Of a stretch of 64,000 nucleotides of DNA, positions 13,401 to 23,625 are shown piece after piece. This DNA is from Macrostomum hystrix (taxonomy: Eukaryota > Animalia > Platyhelminthes), in assembly GCA_950097015.1 (NCBI GenBank), contig CATNEN010000039.1:18352001-18416000 (forward strand), in the 5' to 3' direction. Made by a program: the position numbers and the translations under genes. The notes beneath the pieces were generated by a model, which saw only the letters and a program-made list of their open reading frames with translations, had not been told where the DNA came from and did no database searches. The first letter of the stretch is position 1. Every line of letters begins with the position of its first letter.

Positions 13401-13822
13401 AGACTAATTACTGAAATCAGGTCTCTTATTACCCAGACTGATTACTGAAATCAGGTCTCTTATTACCCAGATTAATTACTGAAATCAGGTCTCTTATTAC
13501 CCAGACTAATTACTGAAATCAGGTCTCTTATTACCCAGACTGATTACTGAAATCAGGTCTCTTATTACCCAGACTGATTACTGAAATCAGGTCTCTTATT
13601 ACCCAGACTGATTACTGATATCAGGTCTCTTATTACCCAGATTAATTACTGAAATCAGGTCTCTTTTTACCCAGACTAATTACTGAAATCAGGTCTCTTA
13701 TTACCCAGACTGATTACTGAAATCAGGTCTCTTATTACCCAGACTGATTACTGAAATCAGGTCTCTTATTACCCAGACTAATTACTGAAATCAGGTCTCT
13801 AATTACCCAGATTGTTTACTGT
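10497..13822. repeat. 34-bp satellite array, ~97 copies (TTATTACCCAGACTGATTACTGAAATCAGGTCTC)
   Basis: Period 34 over ~3.3 kb, few variant positions, no spacers. Confidence 0.97.
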
Positions 13823-14802
13823 AAGAAATGTTATAAAATAGGTGTTAGTCTTAAAGGCTAAATAGAAAGCTTATGAAAATATAATAATAAAGAACTAGAA
13901 AAAAATACAACACTTAGACTAATTAATCGGACTGTTAAACTGACAAAGTCCTTGTACAATCACAGAAAAATTTATTTAACTACACTAAATAAGCAAGCCC
14001 GAAATGTATTATTTTACAAGCTACTAATTATAAACAATTGAGAATTATTAATGAACCAAGAGTAGAGACATTAGGCAAATCAATTTGGCAGGAAAAACAG
14101 CTCACTTGTTTCATCATTTTGCATCACGAATAAGTAGGAAAGCATGGTAACATATTTCTGCAATATTCCGCTTCTTAAACCTGAAACAAATCAATTTCAC
14201 AGCCAGTACAAAAAGCAAAAGACGTGTATATTCGTGCACGATATTTTGTTTTCAATCACAGACTTTTAGAATTTATAATAGTTGAATTTGAGCATATGAT
14301 ATACATATATAAGATATTACAAATCAGATTGACCAGAATATAGCGCAAAAGAGCATATCTATTTTTTGGGTGATTTTGCATAAAAAAAAATTGCAAAGAT
14401 CTACAAGTAGAACCAAGCAGAATATTGATAGCAGATAATAGTGCAACGATTATATATACTGAAAATGAACAGCTATTGGCTTCAAATAACTCGGGAGATT
14501 TATCAGTGTAGAATGATTATTGATATTTTATATATGAATATATAGTGTGTAAATATCACAATCTAACACCACTGGTAATTGGTTTACAGACTAGCTCTTT
14601 TCTTAGAAAGAAATTACATAAACACAGGTTATATAAATAAGATAATAATATTTATAATAAGAGTACTAATTCGTGATTTGTTGAGTAGTAGGCACTCAAG
14701 CACAGGCAAACACACAATGCAAATAGATTGTGTTTGAACATATTGCTATTTATAACACGTTAGATTTCTGATAAGGATCACGACTGGGATCATGAGATTT
14801 AT

Positions 14803-15860
14803 AAAGGGACAATTGTCTAAAGGGACGATTTTCTAAAGGGACGATTTTTCTAAAGGGACGATTTTCTAAAGGGACGATTGTCTAAAGGGACGCTTTTCTA
14901 AAGGGATGATTTTCTAAATAGACGATTTTCTAAAGGGACGATTTTTCTAAAGGGACGATTTTCTAAAGGGACGATTGTCTAAAGGGACGCTTTTCTAAAG
15001 GGATGATTTTCTAAAGGGACGATTTTCTAAAGGGACGTCTTTCTAAAGGGACGATTTTCTAAAGGGACGTCTTTCTAAAGGGACGATTTTCTAAAGGGAC
15101 GATTTTCTAAATGGACGATTTTCTAAAGGGACGATTTTCTAAAGGGACGATTTTCTAAAGGGACGTCTTTCTAAAGGGACGATTTTCTAAAGGGACGATT
15201 TTCTAAAGGGACGATTTTCTAAAGGGACGATTTTCTAAAGGGACGTCTTTCTAAAGGGACGATTTTCTAAAGGGACGATTTTCTAAAGGGACGATTTTCT
15301 AAATGGACGATTTTCTAAAGGGACGATTTTCTAAAGGGACGATTTTCTAAATGGAGGATTTTCTAAATGGAGGATTTTCTAAAGGGACGATTTTCTAAAT
15401 GGACGATTTTCTAAAGGGACGATTTTCTAAATGGAGGATTTTCTAAAGGGACGATTTTCTAAATGGACGATTTTCTAAAGGGACGATTTTCTAAATGGAG
15501 GATTTTCTAAAGGGACGATTTTCTAAATGGACGATTTTCTAAATGGAGGATTTTCTAAAGGGACGATTTTCTAAATGGACGATTTTCTAAAGGGACGATT
15601 TCATAAAGGGACGATTTCATAAAGGGACGATTTTCTAAAGGGACGATTTTCTAAAGGGACAATTGTCTAAAGGGACGATTGTCTAAAGGGACGATTGTCT
15701 AAAGGGACGATTTTCTAAAGGGACGATTTTCTAAAGGGACAATTGTCTAAAGGGACGATTGTCTAAAGGGACGATTTCTAAAGGACAATTTTCTGCACAG
15801 ACGATTTTCTGAGGGGACGATATCCTTAAGAGACGATTTGCTTAAGGACGATTTCCCGGG
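14803..15860. repeat. 16-bp minisatellite (TCTAAAGGGACGATTT) just downstream of the TLNRD1 stop
   Basis: Period 16. Confidence 0.95.
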
Positions 15861-15898
15861 GAAACGATTTCCCGCGGCTGACAGAGGAACCTGGAGTC

Positions 15899-17539
15899 TT
15901 AAGAGAACGCAGATTCCGTAGCCGACATGCAATCGGCGCAGACTCGTCGAACCTCTTCGACACAGCCGGATGCTCTGGCGAGCCATTCGGCGGCACCAGA
16001 CGGTGACACCGCCATCGATACGGGCCCGGGCCTCTCAGCCAGGCAGGTGAGCAGCCGACTAGCAGCTGACATCACGGGCAACAGTCGGCACAGGATTCGA
16101 ACTCGGTGGGCCCGCTCAGATCCGGTCAGGCTGACTGGCCGGCCTGAGAAGCGAGACTCGGAGGCGGCTCCAAGGAGGGCGCGCAGAGCCGGCCTGAGGC
16201 CAGCGGCGGCCAGTTCAATCCGGCCGCGGCAGTCGGCATCGTTGGGCCGATTGTGAGCAGTGCGAACCGCGTGCAGCAGCAGGGTGGCGCCGGCTGTGAC
16301 AGAGCGCAGGCAGAGCTGCAAAGCCTCCCGGTCGGCTGGCTGGCAGGCGGTTGGCAACGCCTGCGGCCGGCAGGCGACGGCCAGATCAGACAGGGAGCGG
16401 GACAGGCCCTCGCACTGCTGCACCAGGCAGGCGCCGCCGCTGTCGACAACGCCGGCGCTGCCGCTAGCGGTATTGAAACTGAAGCTGCTGCCGATTTCAA
16501 CTGCCACGGCCACCTGTAAGCCGACTAGTGCGGCTTCAATGCGATCGCAGTAGAGGCGAACTAGGCGAAGATTCAGCTGCTGCTGCTGCTGCTGCTGATG
16601 CTCACAGTGCCATCTAGCAATCACCGGTCTAGACGCAAGAGAATTGGCAGCAGCGGCTGCATTTATGACAGTAGCCTGTAATCGTTGAACACATTCGGCA
16701 GCCTCAGCATCGGCTTCAGCCGTGGGATCAGCTGATTTGGACAGCAAGCGAGCTCTGAGTAGTTCCACAAGCAGTCTGATATTCTTTAATTCGCGTCGGA
16801 GTTGAGTCAGATCATCGGCTCCGTCATCGGCATCGGCGGCCTCGAGACCTTCTCCGTCGCCTCCAGTCGGCCAGACATCCCAGGTGAGAATGAGCCGTTC
16901 CTCAGCCAGTCGCAAGCTGCAGTCGGCAACGGCGCATTGAACGCGAAGCGAGGCAGCGGCCTGACGCGCCTGACGACTGCCAGCGCCAGAGGACAGGATT
17001 GAAGCTTCCCGATTGTGCAGCTTCTCTGGATGATTCTGCTGCTGCTGCCGAGACGACTGTGGCGGCAGGCTGGCTGATTTGGCTTCTCGCTGTACACGCA
17101 GCAGCTGCTGCTGTTGCCAATTAGTCTGAGTCGACGGCCTCAGCAACGTTGAGGATGCCGAAGCCGGAGCTGAATTTTCTACCTGTCCGTCTCTAGCCAG
17201 GTAGATGCGCTTATCTGTCAGATTCTCAACTGAGCGATGCTGCGACTGCTGCTGCGACAGCTGGTGGTAGGCCCGTGGCCTAGCCGAGCCTGACTCTTCA
17301 ACACCAACGGCCGATCCAGCCACGGAAGACGAAGTTGAAGCCAATGAGGCTGTCGATTTCGATAAATTGAATTGCTTAGTGCGAAACAAAGAAAATGCGC
17401 CGCTGCCACTACCGCCCCCGCCTATCATTGACACCGGGCGAGTCTGGGGCATCGACTGTTGCAGAGACTTCTGCTGCTGCTGCTGCTGCTGCTGTTTTCC
17501 ATTTGCCGGCGACTTGCCCATTGACTGGCGTTTGAACAT
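15899..17539 (-). CDS. TLNRD1: Talin rod domain-containing protein 1 (TLNRD1/MESDC1)-like; single coding exon with a Q/S-rich N-terminal extension
   Basis: GLSRSLSDLAVAC..DREALQLCLRSVTAGATLLLHAVR..CRGRIELAAAGLRPALRALLGAASESRFSGRP..ILCRLLPVMSAASRLLTCL aligns by eye to the TLNRD1 C-terminal helices. First ATG at 17539; uninterrupted ORF. Confidence 0.85.
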   Translation of the reverse strand: MFKRQSMGKSPANGKQQQQQQQQKSLQQSMPQTRPVSMIGGGGSGSGAFSLFRTKQFNLSKSTASLASTSSSVAGSAVGVEESGSARPRAYHQLSQQQSQHRSVENLTDKRIYLARDGQVENSAPASASSTLLRPSTQTNWQQQQLLRVQREAKSASLPPQSSRQQQQNHPEKLHNREASILSSGAGSRQARQAAASLRVQCAVADCSLRLAEERLILTWDVWPTGGDGEGLEAADADDGADDLTQLRRELKNIRLLVELLRARLLSKSADPTAEADAEAAECVQRLQATVINAAAAANSLASRPVIARWHCEHQQQQQQQLNLRLVRLYCDRIEAALVGLQVAVAVEIGSSFSFNTASGSAGVVDSGGACLVQQCEGLSRSLSDLAVACRPQALPTACQPADREALQLCLRSVTAGATLLLHAVRTAHNRPNDADCRGRIELAAAGLRPALRALLGAASESRFSGRPVSLTGSERAHRVRILCRLLPVMSAASRLLTCLAERPGPVSMAVSPSGAAEWLARASGCVEEVRRVCADCMSATESAFS

Positions 17540-18846
17540 TGACAATGCGTGCAAGCAGTCTGGATATAGGCGGGCATTGGCGACCTGACTTCAACAACTG
17601 GCTATCAGTGACAAACCCGGCTTTGATTAATTAGCACCATCAGTGATCAACTAAGCACTTCTGATTTTTTGTTTTCGACTGGCTGAAAAATAATCAATGG
17701 TATACTTATTAATCTTGACTTTTAGGTTACTTCTTGCAATAATCTAAGAAGTAAAGTGAATTTAAAGTGCATAAAACTGAAATTATTCAAACGGCATTAT
17801 TAAAACTGACAAAAAATTATAACTATAATAAACAACAGATATATAATCAGAGGAACTAGCCTACTACAATTTTGGGTCATATATCTAGTAGTACTCTAAA
17901 ACCAAACAACTCAAACTTTGGGAATTGAGGTAGGCTCAATATTGCTTACTACAAGGAGTCAGAGATATTTCTAATTTTTTCTGTGTTTTCTTTGAATGAA
18001 TCAAATGCACATACAGAAAAGCTAAAATATTAGTTCATACTCCTAGCACACCTGTTCTTCTTTAAATGTTCAACAATACACATAAAAATTCAACATACTG
18101 AATACCAATTATAAGGGTTTAAAGCATGCACACTGGCAATTTACAATGTGATTCAGGAAAGCTTATTGATTCACAAATTATTTATTGAAAGGAATAAACG
18201 TTTCAGACAGTCAGACTAGTTGATGAGGGAATAGTCATCAACTGTATACTGTCTAACTAAAGAAAACACAGCTACATTATGCATAGTCAATTTTTTTTAT
18301 AGAAAGTCATTTTGTAAATGTTAAGAAGTCAAACAAATCCAGTGTAGGTAATGCACAAAGCATTATCAATACTAGTTTGTTATCAATGAACCTTCTGATT
18401 TTCCCAAAACTCAATGAGTGCTAACAGAACAGCATTCTCACGGATGGTGAATATGTGTGACTAAGCCTGTCCCAAGCTGGGTGTCATAACAGAGAAAATT
18501 AGTGAAAGGATGGTCAGAACAAAACATTCTAGACTTTAAGGTGGCCATGTGCCTAAAATATGTTAGCAGGCCTACAATAGGTCACTGTTATAGGTCATCA
18601 ACAGGTCATTATTGAGCAGCATTTGATGAAAGGAATTTATTGGAAAAATATAAATCAGCACTTGTTGATAGCATGCACCTTACACTATTAATACTCATAT
18701 AATTCATATTCATTATACTTTTTTGTATTGATAATAGGCTCCAATATTGCTAAGCTAGCAATAGTATATAGCTTATATGTAGGCCTATGCTTAATCTGTA
18801 TAAACTATCATTCTAAATTCTCCCTGAAAAAAACTAACACAACAAA

Positions 18847-19097
18847 CATACATGTGCAAACTCCCAAATCCTAGCCGGCCATGCGACTTAGTTTTTGCTC
18901 TATTTATGACTTAGTTTGCTCTCATTTGCTCTATTTTTCTCTCCCCTTTTTCCTCTTCTTCACACCTTCCTTTTTTGTCCCTTGGTCCCCCCTTTGATTT
19001 TTTTGCGCTTGGTTGATTGGTTTTTGCGACTTACCTTGCTTGGCCCTCATTTCACCTGGCCAGTTTGGCCGGTTCGGCCGGGTGTTGCGCATGTATG
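18847..19097. mobile_element. 251-bp MITE (hAT/P-like)
   Basis: TIR CATACATGTGCAA / TTGCGCATGTATG (12/13 match); perfect 8-bp TSD ACAACAAA at 18839-18846 and 19098-19105. Confidence 0.8.
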
Positions 19098-20060
19098 ACA
19101 ACAAAGCAAGTTAAAAATAGGCCTAAATTATATTCTAGTAGATTTGTATTATAGTTGCAATTGCGAGCTGCTAAAAATGAAGAGCTAGATAATCATATCA
19201 TTTTTTGCTACAGCAAGCAAATTGAGTAAATTTATAATTCTGGGCTTTTTAAACTTAAATCCTATAAAATTGTGTCCATAGGTTTTTTAGGTGCTGAGTT
19301 AAAAACATTTTTGTTCCATTTAGGATGCCTCTTTCTCTATTAGAAACTCAGTATTCTGTTTATTTCCTTACTTATACACAAAATGCTTAGTTCAAATGAT
19401 ATAGATTATATGCATTTATGCCATTTGCCTAAATAAAGGAATTTTTCAGCTTCCTTTAGGTAGCATACAATGACAGTCCAAGTGGCTAGATAGCACAGCT
19501 ATAATTGTGACTATTAGTTAATTTTCCCAGTCCTCACAGGCTTCCTATGGATCAAAGTTTCCCAATCTTGGTAAAAGGATAAAACTTAATTCTGAAGTTT
19601 TCATTACTTCTTATTTGGTAACTTACCCTTTATTTTGGTATGATAATTAATATTTTTTTCTTATTCAATCTGACACTAGTATATGACTAATGACTTTGCC
19701 AACTTAAAACTTTCCATTTTTAATAACAACTCTAACTAAATTTTAATCTGATTTATTTTACTTCTGTTACAATTGTAGGCACTTATCTCAAAATAAAGGT
19801 TCTGAATTTTTGCCTCTCCAAACAAATACATATATACCCTGCACAGGGAGGAAATCACCCATAGTTAAACAAAGTGGCAAAATAATTGTTTGACAGCAAT
19901 TAAACTTATTACATATAGTATTATTAAAATTGGGTTGTGTTGTCATCTTCAACCACTTTTCATTTGATGTAAAGAATGGCTTCCTTATCACAGGATGACT
20001 ATACTTCAACTTAGTAAGCAGGACATAAGGGCTTGAAAAGCAAATTTTGGCTGGTATTTT

Positions 20061-20541
20061 GGTCCCAGGTCATTTTGGTGACAAGACATTTCAGTGACAG
20101 TCATTTTGGTGACTACTCAAGTCATTTCAGTGACACAATTGGTCAGATTGGTGACAACTATTTTTGCACCTAAATATGCTAAAAACTGCTTTCCATTTTA
20201 GCTACCTATGCACACTTATAAAGTATTAATTAAATAATGCTGTAAGTAGGCCCCTATTAATAAGAAGCTGCATCGCTCTGATTAAGTCTGGGTTTTACTT
20301 TAAATGAGTTAAATTATTAAATTATTTAATGAGTAGTCAATAGTTTCAATAGTTATTCGCTCCTAATTAAATGTGCATAATAATCATTTTTCAAGTTTTG
20401 GATTGACAAGGCGAGTGCAGGCTTTAAGCAGCTGCTGGATCGTGGAAGGCTGTTTTCTCAGCATATTTAGGTGCAAAAATAGTTGTCACCGAACTGACCA
20501 ATTGTCACCTAAATGTATTGTCACCGAAATGACCTGGGACC
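20061..20541. mobile_element. Non-autonomous foldback/MULE-like element with ~100-130 bp internally repetitive TIRs
   Basis: GGTCCCAGGTCATTTTGGTGACAA ... TTGTCACCGAAATGACCTGGGACC; the inner arms (GTGACAACTATTTTTGCACCTAAATATGCT) are also inverted; flanks GGTATTTT / AGTATTTT match 7/8 as a TSD. Confidence 0.8.
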
Positions 20542-21089
20542 AGTATTTTAATAGTGGATAATAGCTAATTAACATGACTAAAATGAAAAAGAGTCAATGG
20601 GCTTACTGAAGATTACTCATATTAATTATAGGATAGGCTTATAGGCTATTCTGGCCAGGTAGGCCTACCTATGTATTCCTATTCCTATGTATAGCCTGTA
20701 TAGGAATATCACACTAAGTGGGACATGGTGATTGAGGGGTTTTGAGTTGGGTAAATTGTGTGTGAAGAATAAAAAGGTTTAAACAATAATTAATGGGCCT
20801 GGGGACCTATTGAAGATTAATCCTATTTATTAACATTATAGGCACTATAGGGCAAGCCTTTGGGCACTTCTGGGCACCCTAATATATATACGAATTAGAT
20901 ATCATGACAAAGATGAGAAATGACTGCAACAACTAGATTGTTGCAATGAAGTTTTTATAGGATTAAAGTTCAGGAAGCTGCTGAGATTCTGTATTAAAAA
21001 GAAAAAGACAATTTTCCATTCCTTTATTGACATTTACTATTACTTTTTTGTAGCAACGAGCAACATATTGCAAAGATACTAACTATGAA

Positions 21090-21832
21090 TACAGGACAGT
21101 TTGGTAACAGACAGTTCGGTAACACTCAAGGACAGTTTGGTACCATACAGGAGACAGTTCAGTAACACACCGGGGACAGTTTGGTAACAATTGAAAGTCA
21201 ATAAAATCAATCTAGGTTTGTTCTAACAATGTATCTACTATCGTTGCTAGGACACAACTGACTGATGTTACTGATATATCTGAAACTGACACGTCATTTA
21301 GAGTGTGCAAGTAGGGTAAAGGCTCATTCAAAGTGATGTACAAAGTGATGAAAAATTAGTGCAAATTGTGTGATCACACGAAATTTGGCCTCACTTGATG
21401 ACTGTATAAATGGGCCTTAAGTGTGCTAGTTGGCTGCTGAAATACAATTTAATGTAGCATTGATATCAATATACAAGAATTGTATTATATGCAAGATGGC
21501 AGAGGGTGAGCAAAATAGGGTTGTGGGGACAGCTGCACAGTGAACATGGGGCTAAAATATGACTAGGCCTAATGCAAGAATGCAAATATGTAACATGCAA
21601 AATGCAACCTCATACTCATATTTCGAAAAGCTAAATACCTATGGTTCGAAGTGCGATTGACTTTACTTTGTAACTTTACCGAACTAAATATAAAATAATT
21701 TCGCAAAAAACCCTTCCGACCCAGTTTAATCAGTTGTTACCGAACTGTACCTTGATATGTTACCGAACTGTCCTGTGGTGTTACCGAACTGTCTGTTACC
21801 GAATTGTCTGTTACCGAATTGTCCTGTTACCC
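21090..21832. mobile_element. Non-autonomous foldback/MULE-like element with GACAGTTCGGTAACA subterminal repeats
   Basis: Repeated GACAGTT(T/C)GGTAAC motifs at the left end and their inverse GTTACCGAACTGTC at the right end; TSD unclear. Confidence 0.7.
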
Positions 21833-23625
21833 TACTATGTCTAGATGCAAATTACAAATTTAGAATTCAGAGTTTAGATTATAGATTTAAGATTATAAAA
21901 TTAATACTTTATACAAGTTAACTACACTCAGCTAAATATCAGTCAAATATCAGTTAATTAAATCAGTTAAATACATCTAGAACAATCAGCTGAACGACTT
22001 ATGTATGAATTTAATGTTCACTAGACGAACGCGTTTTCATTATTAATTAAAAACGTAAACCACACCAATCGCAGACGCCCATAGTTCTAAGTAATCCAAC
22101 TAATTTTATCTCTTTGAAACATTCAGCTTTTTATTCTAAACAGATTCGATGCAATATTGTTATTTCTAGACCGAATTCAGTATCGTAAAAAATCGTCTTT
22201 GTTTATTTTATTTCTTTTACTTTTTTTATTTTCGTGCTTAAATAAAGATGTTCCTAGAATCAATATTTCAGTCCATCTAAAATCTAGATTTTGCCATCCA
22301 CAGGACAGAATCTAGAGTATACTAATATTCTGTGGTGTTATGTAACATCTTTTAAGGAGAGAAAACCATGTTTGATGTGACCGTCTTGCTAAGGGCTCGC
22401 GAAATTGATCAAATACTACTAAAGTAAAGGGAGTTTAGTCATTGTGTCAATTTATGAAAAAGTATTTGAAAGCCAATATTAATCAACGAAAATGATTCAA
22501 TCATGGTGTTTTGAGTCGTGTGCGACAGCAGCTATTTAAGTATTTTAGTATGCTTTCATATAGTACGATTTATAATTTGCTCGATCCGTTTCTATTGTTT
22601 ATTTAGACTTGAAAGTATAAAACTGATTATTATTTAAGTTTTTTCTACCGGGATTTTTCGTCTTTAACACAGTCGGACTCACACAATGTGGTTTTTCGTT
22701 AAAAAGACGCAAGGAAATTTATGGATACGATGACGCAGGAATAAACCAATTGAAGAAATCTCCAAAATATATTTTTCAAGGGAATCCACAAAAAATAAAA
22801 CGACCATACAATTGCGATGCAATTTTCGCAATATGTGCACACTATGACCATGTTGAAACCATCTTGTTAGATTTCGTACTGTATATATAAATGTCCTTAA
22901 TTGCAATTATTTACCAACATATTACAATGCTAAGATGCCAACCTGACTAACATTTATTATTTCTAACCTTATCAAAACCTATCTGGACTGTGCGACGGAA
23001 CGAAGCCGCGATTTCAAATTTGCCCAGGTAAAGAAATATGCCAAATCATTTTAAAGAGAAAACTGTTTTTTAGTTTTTTATTGTTTATACCTTATGTCCA
23101 CTTTGGCAAGTACAGTAAGACAAGCAAAGATAAAACATTGGTGCGGCTTTTAGTTTTATTAAAATATCTGTTATAAAACAACAGCGAAAATGGCAAAGTT
23201 CGGTAAATATCGATAAAACAAGCTACAAAAGTAACGCACTAAATTTCAGCGGCGTACATCTTTTGAATATCTCATAATCTCAAAAGTTTTATGCCAAAGA
23301 GCGTTCGACAAATCAAGATTCAGCAAGGGAAGGCAATTCAATCTTAATTAGCTGCAAGAAAACTTGCAATAAAAAGAATGTCATCATATTTTTTCATAGA
23401 TTCATCGTTGTTTTTGACTAGCTAAAATATTCGACGTTAATATTTGAAAATAAAAAAGCTTCTTGTCGTAATTACTAGAGCTTGGTGCTTGGTCATAAAA
23501 TAATCCCAGAACGCAGGAGATGTACAAAATCTAAAAGACAGCTGCAGCAACATAACCCAGATACTTTCTAGGAGTCAAATTCGATCAACTATTCCATGCA
23601 CAGTTTAAATAGCATTAAACTAATC

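Noticed and set aside
10497-13822. CRISPR-like array (34-bp palindromic repeat)
   Set aside because: Units are contiguous with no unique spacers, there are no cas genes, and the context is eukaryotic.
15927-17597. Multiple overlapping short ORFs around TLNRD1
   Set aside because: Shadow frames of a GC-rich coding exon.
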